NCBI GenBank assembly: GCA_051599415.1
Contig: AP039703.1
Span: 248,001-312,000, forward strand
Source of the DNA: Savitreella phatthalungensis
Lineage: Eukaryota
Length of the DNA stretch: 64,000 nucleotides
Reading direction: 5' to 3'
The first letter of the stretch is position 1, and each line of letters starts with the position of its first letter. A program made the translations under genes and the position numbers. Positions 41,833 to 52,192 of this stretch are shown here, one piece after another. The notes beneath the pieces are model-generated. The model was given only the letters and a program-made list of their open reading frames with translations, was not told where the DNA came from and did not search any database.

Positions 41833-44115
41833 ATGGAGGCGCGCCCAGTGTCTCGTGAGAAGCGGGATTCTTACGCTAATGTCTTTGCTCCAGCCAGAGA
41901 GCTGTATGCTGACAGCAACAAGGAACAACGCGAACGAACACTGCGTCATCGTACTCTTTCCACAACCAATGCGCTAATTTTCGAGAGCAGCGATCGACAG
42001 TCTACACTACAGCCAAAGGTTCGGAGAAGACTATCTGGCGACGACAGCGCCGACCAGCCGCGCAAATTTCTCGTCAATGTCGAGCAAACGCTCAAGGCCT
42101 TGCTTGAGAGTGAAGACACGGACGACAACATGCAAATCACCATTGAGGACATGGGTCCAAAGGTACTCAATCTCGGGACTGCCAACTCAATGGGTCTCAA
42201 GAGATTTGAGGTACGTGGCACGTACATGCTCTCGAACCTGTTGCAGGAGCTCACCCTCGCTAAGGATTTCGGCCGGAGATATATCCTGCTAGACGAGCGC
42301 AGGCTGAACGAGAATCCCGTCGACCGCCTGGCAAGATTGATCCGTGGTACCTTCTGGGACGGTCTCACTCGCAGAATCGATGCGTCCATGCTGGACGTGA
42401 TTTGCCGAGACCCAAAGAACAGGTCAAAGGATCAGGCACCGCGAATTTACGTACCGCCAACCGAGACACACATCTACGACTACTATGTTAAGGCATGCGC
42501 GAAACGTCCGGAGCTGGGTATCCGCGTTGAGTATCTGCCAGAGAAAATCACAGACGAGTTCGTCCGCGACATCAATCACAAGCCTGGACTGCTTGCCCTG
42601 GCCATGGAGGAGTACACGACAGAGGCGGGCGAAACAGATCTAAGGGGCGTGCCGTTCGTTGTGCCTGGCGGACGATTCAACGAGCTGTACGGCTGGGATT
42701 CTTATTTCGAGTCTCTTGGCCTGATCGTGGATGGACGTGTGGACCTCGCTAAAGGAATGGTAACAAACTTCATTTTCGAGATCAAGCATTACGGCAAGAT
42801 CCTCAACGCAAACCGCAGCTATTATCTTTGTCGATCTCAACCACCATTCCTGACCGATATGCTGCTGCAAATCTATCAGAAGACACAGCATGAGGACGAT
42901 GCCGTCAGCTTCCTGCTCGCCGGTCTCGAGGCTGCGATCAAGGAGTACGAGACCGTGTGGACCTGTGCACCCCGTCTAGACCCTGTCACAGGACTGTCGA
43001 GATACCGTCCAGGTGGTCTGGGGATTCCACCAGAGACGGAGGCTTCTCACTTCACACATCTACTCGAGCCGTTCGCAAAGAAGCACGGTATGAGCATGGA
43101 CGATTTTGTGGAGGCATACAACCATCAGGAGGTGTCTGAACCAGAGCTTGACTCGTACTTCCTACACGACCGTGCGGTACGAGAATCCGGTCACGACACG
43201 AGCTACCGCCTGGAGCACGTATGCGCGGATCTGGCAACGACCGACCTGAATGCTTTGCTGTACAAGTACGAGCGCGATATTGCGCACATCATCAAGACCC
43301 ACGCAAAGGACTCATACAAGTACAACGGGCAGACCCACACATCCTCGACATGGGAGCGGAAAGCGAAGCTTCGCAAGCAGGCAATCGACATGTATATGTG
43401 GGACGAATCTATGGGACTCTACTACGACTACGACTGTGCGAAGCGCCAGCGGAGCGACTACGAGAGTGCCACGGCCTTCTGGATGCTTTGGGCAGGCGCG
43501 GCGTCACCAAAGCAGGCTGCCCAGATGGTCGACAAGGCACTCCCGATGCTAGAAGAGCTCGGAGGGCTTGTTGCCGGCACAAAGCGGTCAAGGGGCACGA
43601 TCTCGCTCTCGCGACCGAATCGGCAGTGGGACTATCCGTTCGGCTGGGCGCCACACCAGATACTCGCATGGGGCGGGCTGCAGAGGTACGGATACGAGGA
43701 GGAGGCGAAGCGGCTGGTGTACCGGTGGCTGTACACGATGACCAAGTCGTTTGTGGACTTCAATGGGGTGGTGGTGGAGAAGTACGACGTGACGTCGACG
43801 ACGGCGCCGCACAAGGTCGTGGCCGAGTACGGCAACCAGGGTGGCGACATCAAGGGTGTAGCGAGGGAAGGATTCGGGTGGGTGAACGCCAGCTTCTCAG
43901 TCGGACTCACCTACTGCGACACACACATGCGTCGCGGCCTAGGCACCGTCACACCACCACACCTATTCTACCAGGGACTCATCAACGATCCAACCACTCT
44001 CAACGCCCTCGGTCCACAGCTACAAGTCGACCTAGAAGCACTCACAGTCCAGGATCCGCGCACCGTCGTCGTCACAGCCGATGCCGACACAGTTGCTGCC
44101 AAGACAGGCGCGTAA
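41833..44115 (+). CDS. NTH1: Neutral trehalase (GH37)
   Basis: PKA-type RHRTLS/RRRLS sites, EF-like [65 protein letters not shown]. Confidence 0.97.
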   Translation: MEARPVSREKRDSYANVFAPARELYADSNKEQRERTLRHRTLSTTNALIFESSDRQSTLQPKVRRRLSGDDSADQPRKFLVNVEQTLKALLESEDTDDNMQITIEDMGPKVLNLGTANSMGLKRFEVRGTYMLSNLLQELTLAKDFGRRYILLDERRLNENPVDRLARLIRGTFWDGLTRRIDASMLDVICRDPKNRSKDQAPRIYVPPTETHIYDYYVKACAKRPELGIRVEYLPEKITDEFVRDINHKPGLLALAMEEYTTEAGETDLRGVPFVVPGGRFNELYGWDSYFESLGLIVDGRVDLAKGMVTNFIFEIKHYGKILNANRSYYLCRSQPPFLTDMLLQIYQKTQHEDDAVSFLLAGLEAAIKEYETVWTCAPRLDPVTGLSRYRPGGLGIPPETEASHFTHLLEPFAKKHGMSMDDFVEAYNHQEVSEPELDSYFLHDRAVRESGHDTSYRLEHVCADLATTDLNALLYKYERDIAHIIKTHAKDSYKYNGQTHTSSTWERKAKLRKQAIDMYMWDESMGLYYDYDCAKRQRSDYESATAFWMLWAGAASPKQAAQMVDKALPMLEELGGLVAGTKRSRGTISLSRPNRQWDYPFGWAPHQILAWGGLQRYGYEEEAKRLVYRWLYTMTKSFVDFNGVVVEKYDVTSTTAPHKVVAEYGNQGGDIKGVAREGFGWVNASFSVGLTYCDTHMRRGLGTVTPPHLFYQGLINDPTTLNALGPQLQVDLEALTVQDPRTVVVTADADTVAAKTGA

Positions 44116-44555
44116 ACGCCATTCAAGAGCATCAGATATCTACGGGAGGAGCATGGCAAAACGGATTTTACAGGAGACATGACACGCGCACAGAATTGGG
44201 AGAGGCAATGCACACGTCGAGGAATGCGAGAGGGTTGAAAGAGGTTGCCAAAAACAAGCTTTTAATTTGAGATCTGTGGATGTGATTGTGATTTGTGCGT
44301 TGTGGCAGGGGCGCGCTCGCGCTAATGCTTATTCGTGAAAGCTGTGGTCGATCGACTGTGAAACGGAAGAGGATAATCTGTGTGCTCGTGCGAGGATATT
44401 GGAGATCAGGAGAACCGCTTACGGAGGAGAAGGCGGTCAGAGGTCATCAAAGGAGTGTGGGCGTCCGAATTATTTCCCGGATTCGGGTAGGAAGTCATGC
44501 ATCGTGAAGGTATTCTTGTGTAGAGGCTTACTTGTGGGAAAGCAGCTCAAGGGCG

Positions 44556-45569
44556 TCAATATGGTCGTGCTTGCTGAGGTTGCGGCAGACCTGCAGCCTG
44601 TGGATAGAATCCGCCATTCGACGGATGGTAACCACCGCCGTTATTGGCATAGTGCTGTTGCGCTTGCATCATCTGTTGTGGATGCTGTTGCGGAGCAGGC
44701 GCTTGGATTTGCTGATGTTGCTGATGCTGTTGTTGAGCCTGAGCCTGAGCCTGGATTTGAGCCTGCTGCTGCTGCTGCGCCTGTTGCTGAGCCTGTTGCT
44801 GCTGGAATACTTGAATGAGGACGGCGAGAGGTTCAACGTCACGCGCATCCAACAGTGCAAATTCGCGTCCGAAAGCGACAAAGTGCTGGAAGAATGAGTT
44901 CCAGTGCCCTTCAAGAGAGAGATGAACGATCGTATCGAAGTGTGCATGATAGATGTGAGCGAATACTCTGAACATCTGCTTGACCATCGTCTTTGCTGTC
45001 GGAAGGAAATTTGGTCCGAAGGTGGATCCTGCCTTTGTAGGGAAAAGGGCCTCCTCATTGACGCGGTTGTTGATCCAGGCAAGGACATAGTCGATGTACT
45101 GTGATGCTGGTAATCGCATTTGCTTTCTGTTCTGGTCCAGCCAGGTATAATCAAGCCCTGGTCCGGCAGACATGCTTGGACATGTGGCCGGTGTACAGAA
45201 CTCGGCAACGGTTGCGTAGAAGTGGTTCAAGTGAGTGAAGAACTCGAAGATATTCAGTGCCAACCACTCATTCTGCTCCACATATTTAGGCAGGGCAACA
45301 ATCGTAGCGAAGGATCCCTTTACCAGGGCCGTCCGTACAAATGGCTGGCAGAGGTAAAGTGGTCTATTGACAGCTGAACCGCCGGCTACTGTGGCTCCGT
45401 CGTTACCGTATGCCCCTGCAGCATTTGTTCCAGCGCCGCCAGCAGCACTGAATCCGGCAGCATTCCCATTGAGTGCCTGACCGTTCCCTCCCAGCTGCGG
45501 TGCAGGTGGACGTGTATCTTTCTTTCGCGTATTGCGGCCGAAGCGGCCCATGTTGAAGAAGGAAGACAT
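44556..45569 (-). CDS. MOB2: Mob2-type NDR kinase activator with a poly-Q C-terminal tail
   Basis: PLYLCQPFVRTALVKGSFATIVALPKYV..EWLALNIFEFF, CPSMSAG, FPTK, QMFRVFAHIYHAHF, HWNSFF. Confidence 0.92.
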   Translation of the reverse strand: MSSFFNMGRFGRNTRKKDTRPPAPQLGGNGQALNGNAAGFSAAGGAGTNAAGAYGNDGATVAGGSAVNRPLYLCQPFVRTALVKGSFATIVALPKYVEQNEWLALNIFEFFTHLNHFYATVAEFCTPATCPSMSAGPGLDYTWLDQNRKQMRLPASQYIDYVLAWINNRVNEEALFPTKAGSTFGPNFLPTAKTMVKQMFRVFAHIYHAHFDTIVHLSLEGHWNSFFQHFVAFGREFALLDARDVEPLAVLIQVFQQQQAQQQAQQQQQAQIQAQAQAQQQHQQHQQIQAPAPQQHPQQMMQAQQHYANNGGGYHPSNGGFYPQAAGLPQPQQARPY

Positions 45570-46028
45570 GATCCTCTAAACTTCAGACTCTCTTATAGAT
45601 CGACGAGGAGAAACAATAAGGACCTGACTGAGTGCCTCAGAATACTGCAAGGCAGGGACGAGCGAGCTGAGGCGCTTGAAAGGCGGTAGAGCCGACCTGC
45701 TTGAAAGGGCGTTGCGTGATGAGTGTTGTGATTGCTTTTGGCCTGTGACGCGAAATGATAAGAATTAATGGTTTGTATAGAAATCATTACAAATGACTTG
45801 CAAATTGATTAAATTTTGCAATTTATGTGGCTGTTGCCGGGAATCTTTATAAAATTACTGGTATACACGTGATGTAGCGCTTGTCAAGCAAGGAACTGAT
45901 TCAAATGCAGGAGACACAGATACATCTTCATACCAGAAGAGAAGAACCAGAGACGTAAGTGCTGGTAAAGTTGAGAAGTCTACAGGCGAAGAGGAGCTTC
46001 AGACTGCTGGAACGCCTGCGTAGCTATC

Positions 46029-47528
46029 ATGTCAGACTCTGATGACTTTGACGATGATCTCCTGGCACTTGCTGGTCATTCAAATGGTAATGACAAGGCT
46101 TCAGGTGCACGGAAGAGACGCAGGACTTCGTTTGACTCTGACGATGACGACGGTGCAGTAGCAGCTGCAAGAGATGCTGCCGCTGCAGAGAATCCCTATC
46201 CACTCGAAGGCAAGTACAGAGATGCTGCAGATCGTGATCGTATCCTCGCCATGGCCGAGATCGAGCGTGAATCCATTCTGTATGAGCGCGAGGAGGAGAT
46301 GAATGGTATTCGCGAACGTCAGCGATTGAACCAGAGATTACGAGAACAGCAAGCTCAGCGGGAGAAGCAGGAAAGTGCGCGAGCACCGGCCAAAAAGCCA
46401 CAGACTGCCAAAGAATCTGCGCTGTCCGCTCTGAAAAAGAAGCGTGAGGCCAAGGTCAACAAGGTCAGTCGAGCTTACTCATCCAGCGAGTCTGATGACG
46501 ATGAGGGCGACGACGACGATCTAGAGAGCGAGCTGGATGAGCCGAACTTTGAACGGTCTGACGCCGAATCTGATGACGACCGCGCGCAAGCACGGCGGGA
46601 CGGCGACAAGGACGCGCTCGAGCCTCTGGATTTCGTGGATGCGAGCTCGATTCGCATCACGAGGAAGCAAGTCGCAAAGTTCCTCTACTATCCCATGTTC
46701 CCAGACACCGTTAAGGGCTGCTTTGTACGGATAGCTATCGGTCGAGACGTCTATCGGGTCTGCACAGTCAAGGCCTTAGTCAAGGCGGGTCGTAACTACC
46801 GCTTGCCGACGGGCGAGCTGTGTGGACACGTTCTAGAATGCGCTCATGCACACAGCACGAAACGATTCGAGATCATCTACGTTTCTGACTCTGCCTTTAC
46901 AGAAAAGGAGTTCGACCACTGGAAGGAGGGCATGGCCAAGGACAAGCTCTCTCTGCCACGCAAGTACCACGTTCGTCGGAAATTGAACGACCTCAAGACG
47001 ATGAACAAACATGAGCTTACGTCAAAGGAGATCGACGCCATGGTTGCAGAGAAGCGATCTCTGCAGCGTCTGCCATCGAACGTCGCACAGGAAAAAATCC
47101 GACTCAAAGAGCTCCTTACTGAAGCACGGGAACTGGACGACCATGCGCGTGTTGAGGAGCTGGAGAATGAACTGGCGTCACTCGAAGAGTTGCAGACGGC
47201 AAAGCGCGCTCACGCCGATCTCGATCGCATGAGCAAGTTGAACGAACGCAATCGACAGAAAAATGCAGTCTCTATCTCCAAGGCAGAGGTCAGCATGGCC
47301 AAAGGCGAGCAGAAAGAGGATAATCCTTTCTCGCGACTCAAAACAAAGCCAAAGACGTTCTATGGCTCGGCAGCAGATCAGGACGCTGCGAAGGCCGCTG
47401 CGGCTGCGGCTGCTGCGGCAAGCCAAAAGACAACTGCCGCGGAAGCTGAACCTGTGAAGGTGAAAGCAAAGCCAAGCGGCATCGACCAGCTTGTCGCCTC
47501 GGTCGAGCTCGACCTCGATGACATCTGA
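46029..47528 (+). CDS. RTF1: PAF1 complex-associated Rtf1 (HMD and Plus3 domains)
   Basis: DDDLLALAG, PYPLEGKY..DRDRILAMAEIERESILYER, Plus3 GCFVRIAIG..YRV..VSDSAFTEKEF, NPFSRLKT. Confidence 0.93.
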   Translation: MSDSDDFDDDLLALAGHSNGNDKASGARKRRRTSFDSDDDDGAVAAARDAAAAENPYPLEGKYRDAADRDRILAMAEIERESILYEREEEMNGIRERQRLNQRLREQQAQREKQESARAPAKKPQTAKESALSALKKKREAKVNKVSRAYSSSESDDDEGDDDDLESELDEPNFERSDAESDDDRAQARRDGDKDALEPLDFVDASSIRITRKQVAKFLYYPMFPDTVKGCFVRIAIGRDVYRVCTVKALVKAGRNYRLPTGELCGHVLECAHAHSTKRFEIIYVSDSAFTEKEFDHWKEGMAKDKLSLPRKYHVRRKLNDLKTMNKHELTSKEIDAMVAEKRSLQRLPSNVAQEKIRLKELLTEARELDDHARVEELENELASLEELQTAKRAHADLDRMSKLNERNRQKNAVSISKAEVSMAKGEQKEDNPFSRLKTKPKTFYGSAADQDAAKAAAAAAAAASQKTTAAEAEPVKVKAKPSGIDQLVASVELDLDDI

Positions 47529-47729
47529 CCATCGACCTGTCCCAGTCTCGACCGAATTCACCTCCGAGCGACGATTCCGAGTCTTCTGCGCATGTGGCTA
47601 TCCGATGTCGCATCACGCGATTTGCATGCGTCACATGCCCTTTACACCTTTCTTGCATGCCTTGCCTATTCCGAACCCGCATAAATACATGACTGGAAGC
47701 CCGTTCCCACCCAGACCCCCGTGTGTGTC

Positions 47730-49526
47730 ATGGAGACCTTTTTGCTATTGTTCACAATCTTGTGCTGCCAACCAGCCGCCGGGTTTGTTCTTTCGAGCGG
47801 CGATCGCCAGCGGGCTATCGATTCGTCAAGTCGGCCAACGCTGAGCCCTTCGGCGTCCAACGACGTGTCCAACCGACCCTCACCGACCCCGTATATATCC
47901 CTGCGGACAGGCGCCTCAACGCCTGTACAACCGAGCCTGTCAGCTTCTGCCGCATCATCTACACCACTGTCGGATCCTCGTCCGCATTCAAAAGCATCCG
48001 CGTCTCCAACTCCGTTCACAAGTAGTTCCATCTCATCTTCAGCCACACCCAGAGGCGACACAGCATCGGCCGCCGCAACCTCCTCTGTACCTTCAGGTGG
48101 GGCTTCAGACGCTCGCTGGATTGTCTTCTCGGGTGGCAAGGACAGTTTGAATTCATCACTTCATCCAGCGATCCTGGCGGAAGTGCCAGGTTACGTTGAC
48201 AAGCACTTTGACAATGTGAATGGGATGCGTCTGAAGGCAGACACGCCACAGGACGTACTCGACAAGTTCTCGGCGCAGCGCGGGGTCAAGCTCACGCGTG
48301 ACACACGGATCAAGTTTCTTGGTGCACAGACTCAGTCAGACGCCTCCTGGGCACTAGCTCGGATCTCGAGGTCGAAGAAGCTGGAGGTGGTCGGGAGCGG
48401 GGATGTCCAGTATGGAGCGCACTACGCGTACGCGTACAACGATGAGGAAGTTGGTAAGGACGTTGATATCTACGTCGTCGATTCCGGCGTCATGTGCAAG
48501 CTTGATGAATTCGGTCAGCGCGCCACGTGTGACAATGCAGCCGTCTTCACGGACGAAAGGGATCCCAGCAAGACGTCGGAAGATCCGATCGGTCATGGCA
48601 CTGGTGTCGCGAGTCTTGCAGCTGGAACGAAGTTAGGGTCATCAAAGGAAGCCAAGATCGTCGCGATCCGAGTGACGGACGCGCAGGGCATGGGATGGAC
48701 GTCTGATGTCGTCCTCGCGCTCAGCTACGTCGCTAGACAGGTCAGGGGCAATCGAGGTCGCAGAGGCGTGCTGCTAGCCGCTCTGGCGGGGACCTCTGAG
48801 TCGTATATTGGCGATGCGTTCCACAAGTCCATCGTCGACAACGGCGTTGTCCTCGTAGCAGCAGCAGGCAACGATGCGAAAGATGCTTGCGAGCAAGGCA
48901 TGCCGCACTCCATGCCGGAAGCGATCGTCGTTGGCGGCACTGACATCGAGGACAAGATGGATTCTCAGAGCAACACGGGTCCGTGTGTGGCCCTATTCGC
49001 ACCGTCGAAGGAAGTGTTGGCACTCAACAAGGACGGCGGAACATCGCTTGTGACTGGTACGTCCTTTAGCGCAGGACTTGTCGCTGGTGTCGTGGCAAAT
49101 TACTTGTCGCGCACAGGTCAAAGCGTCTGGTCAGCTCGCTCGATCAAGCCATGGCTGCAATTCTTCGCTGTGAGCGGCGCAATCCAGGGTGTGCCGGACA
49201 ACACGTACAATTACCTCGTTCAGAGTCAAGTACCCGCGGCGAAGATTAGCCTCACCAATGACGACGAAGGTGATGCTAATGGCGGAGCCAATGACAAAGA
49301 GGACAAAGAGGATGAGCGTGATGGTGGTAGAGACGATGATTCGGAAGACACAGAAGACTTTAAGAGCTCGAGCGACGACAGCGATAGCGATAGCACTGGT
49401 AGTCCGTCACCATCTAGCAGCGTCCATCGTCGACCTGGGAGTGATGGAGGATCAATCGAAGGATCAACTCCGCAAGCAACACCAACGCCAACAACTTCCC
49501 CGGAGAACACGGGAGGAGGCGATTAA
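47730..49526 (+). CDS. Secreted subtilisin-like serine protease (S8, proteinase K-like), 598 aa
   Basis: Signal peptide METFLLLFTILCCQPAAG, Ser/Pro/Thr linker, TQSDASWALARIS. Triad YVVDSG / GHGTGVAS / GTSFS; oxyanion AAAGN; acidic Ser-rich tail. Confidence 0.9.
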   Translation: METFLLLFTILCCQPAAGFVLSSGDRQRAIDSSSRPTLSPSASNDVSNRPSPTPYISLRTGASTPVQPSLSASAASSTPLSDPRPHSKASASPTPFTSSSISSSATPRGDTASAAATSSVPSGGASDARWIVFSGGKDSLNSSLHPAILAEVPGYVDKHFDNVNGMRLKADTPQDVLDKFSAQRGVKLTRDTRIKFLGAQTQSDASWALARISRSKKLEVVGSGDVQYGAHYAYAYNDEEVGKDVDIYVVDSGVMCKLDEFGQRATCDNAAVFTDERDPSKTSEDPIGHGTGVASLAAGTKLGSSKEAKIVAIRVTDAQGMGWTSDVVLALSYVARQVRGNRGRRGVLLAALAGTSESYIGDAFHKSIVDNGVVLVAAAGNDAKDACEQGMPHSMPEAIVVGGTDIEDKMDSQSNTGPCVALFAPSKEVLALNKDGGTSLVTGTSFSAGLVAGVVANYLSRTGQSVWSARSIKPWLQFFAVSGAIQGVPDNTYNYLVQSQVPAAKISLTNDDEGDANGGANDKEDKEDERDGGRDDDSEDTEDFKSSSDDSDSDSTGSPSPSSSVHRRPGSDGGSIEGSTPQATPTPTTSPENTGGGD

Positions 49527-51992
49527 GAGAATTCACTAAGTAGCACAACCCCTGTCTCGTAGATTAAGAGGGTGACAGGACAAATGAATGAGGAGCATCG
49601 CGGCATCGCCACGATTACATTGCCCGTCAGGAGGTCGGTGTTACCACGATAAGGGAATGACCGGGGAAGCGAATTGCTGGGGTGATCAGGATCTGGCTGC
49701 ACGCTAGTTGTATGGGTATCGAACTGTGGAATACATATGGGGCCATGATCATGATTTCGTGGTCACGCAAGGTCGATACATTTTTCGACCTAAGAATGGA
49801 CTATCTGAGGCGCAAGATCAAGTTTGTGGGCCTAAGCGGAGCTACGCGACCCCGTTCTTATTGTTGGGATTGTGATTGTCCCGTGTCATCGAGGACAATC
49901 AACGACACATGGCACGGCGTCACGTCCATCACCTGGAATCTGAAGACTCGTCTCGCTAGCGGCTTCTGGGTCTCCCGCAATCTGCATGCAGGCAAATTAA
50001 TGTCGAATGACTTCATAGCTACGCGTGTATGCTTCCGGACGGCGGACGTAAGCGTGTCTGCGTGTGTACGTGGGATGAACGCGACTTCACCCGACTTACA
50101 GATTAACCGATGTTTCATGTTGAGTGAATATGTGTATTTTCATGGTCTTGCATCCAATTCTATTTTGGTTCTTGTTTCTTTCGACGAGAGGCTAGTTTTC
50201 CACTCTCCGCTCGTTCGTATAGCGGATATCCTTTCATTTGACCCTGTGTGCGCTCACGACTTTACCAACAATGTGTCCAAGGCAATTGCGTGCAGGCTGA
50301 AGAAGGTAGGCTCAGACCGGGTAAAATCATATATCAATGTAGCTCGAGCCAGCGCTTGCTTTAGCCTATTGCAGAAATATCACAAAATTCAGACCATCTA
50401 CTTTGCTCCAGCCAAAATTCTCCTTGACCTGCCAGTGCTGGTACTACATCCACCTCCAGCTCCACATCCGAATCCACTTCCGCGTACTCCAACCCATTCA
50501 ATCATGATCGAATCTCAAGTCTCAACCACAATCGAGGGAACGCATTAACAGGAGCATTGCAGAGACTCATTAGCAGCATGTGTTTAGCGTTCAGAGCAGA
50601 GATTTCTGTGACTCACAGCGTATAGCGGCACTCCCGGTACTCACTCCAGGTATATAGATGGCAACATGTCTCGTTCGACGTTCTCTCAGTGAATCTCTTG
50701 TTCTGACTGGACAAGAATCGTCACATCGACATCAGCGCTATGCACTGAGTGGAACCAGCCTTTCTCATTAGCTCAATCGGAGACTCTCGCCGCTATTAGC
50801 TGAATCAAAATAGCTTTGGGTCTTCGTCGGCGAGCACGACAGCGCTGCGCCTCACACAATGCTGAATGAATCTTAGTCGATGCTGGGGATGTCTGAAACT
50901 CTGATGATCGAGCTTTCATTTCGATTCGAACTTTTGGAATACTCCCTGTGGATGATCGGGGCAAGCGGAGATGGAGAAAACAAGTCCATCGACGCGAGCC
51001 AATTTGACAAGGGCTGATGGGAAAAGTGATGCAAACTGGTGATAATTGTGAAGAAAGGTCTCCATATTTGGAACAGTTCAAGGTCAAATTTTGATAAAGA
51101 CTTTTGACAGTCTCCAGCCTTGCCATGTGGGGAGCATGTGGTTCCGACGTCGTATCCGAGCGGCAATATTATCCAGCTTAACGACTTGGCAGCCTCTGAC
51201 CTGCTGCACATTCATTCTATTCTCCCTATACGGATCGACGGCTAATTCTTTAGACAATAGACTTGTTGGGTCATTTCCAGCTTCTTATTCAAGTGTTTTC
51301 AAGGTCATCCCGCACTGTCGAGATGAGGCTCTGACGACGACTTACCTTATTGATGCTCGTATGGTGATCTCGATGTGACCGTCATGCAGAACCGACTCTT
51401 TCATGCACTCGGTGAAGCGCTGTTTCACTGCAATTTTGCTTCTTCTGCGCAGCAGTCTCCTGAAGAACAAGTCGCGACAACATGCATCCGAAGTTAATTC
51501 GAGTGACAGGCCGAGCGACGAGCCGAGTTGTCTGGTCGTAGTGTTCAAATAAGGTTGACAGACGGCAGATTTCCCACCACCAATTTCGGCAGTAAGAAGG
51601 CCCACCTATGGCACAGATCTCTTGATGGCTTCCAGATTAGCATCCCAATATCTCGGATGGAGAAGAAAACTAAAAGGCGCCTAGACCTTATCCCTGATCG
51701 GCTTTCATCAAATAGCAGCACATTGAGCCTAAAGCTGCTGGTGGTCCGTAGCTAATCACTTTTTCTGTACCAATTTAGTGGCCGACTGATTCAAGCGGAG
51801 AAGACCCCTGGGCTGTGCCCAGAACGGCGAAGCGGTCAGTAACATTGTGATGAGGTCGTCGACGTGGGATGCTGCCATCTGCACAGCTCCCACCCGTCCT
51901 TCCTCAGCTACTCGTGGAGTCTGCAGACCCTTCAAGATGTCGAATTGGGATATGCTGCACGTCTCGCGAAGAATCGGGTCGTCGTCCCGTAG

Positions 51993-52130
51993 CTGGGGTA
52001 TGCCAGGCACGCAGACCTCGAGTTTCCCCGTAGCTAGAAGGTCGTAAACCTCGTCCGGGGTAGCGCCCGGAGTCAGACCCGGGGTAATCTAACCAGAACC
52101 CCATGCTTGATTGTCTTCTTGGTCTATAAG
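51993..52130 (+). promoter_or_regulatory. Cluster of CreA/Mig1/Scr1-type SYGGRG sites plus a TATA-like box in the MFS promoter
   Basis: CTGGGG 51993, CCGGGG 52055, CCGGAG 52067, CCGGGG 52079; TATAAG 52125-52130. Confidence 0.55.
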
Positions 52131-52192
52131 TACAGGGGTCCTCCCCTGACAAGTCACAAGACATCCTCCACATCCTCGACTCAACGCCGATC

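Noticed and set aside
43221..44270. 349-aa alternative-frame ORF overlapping NTH1
   Set aside because: Arg/Gly-rich shadow frame of a GC-biased conserved CDS, with no motif.
50773..51605. Minus-strand ORF fragments with a GTAAGT donor near 51344
   Set aside because: No convincing branch/acceptor pairing or ATG-led model, and no recognisable product.
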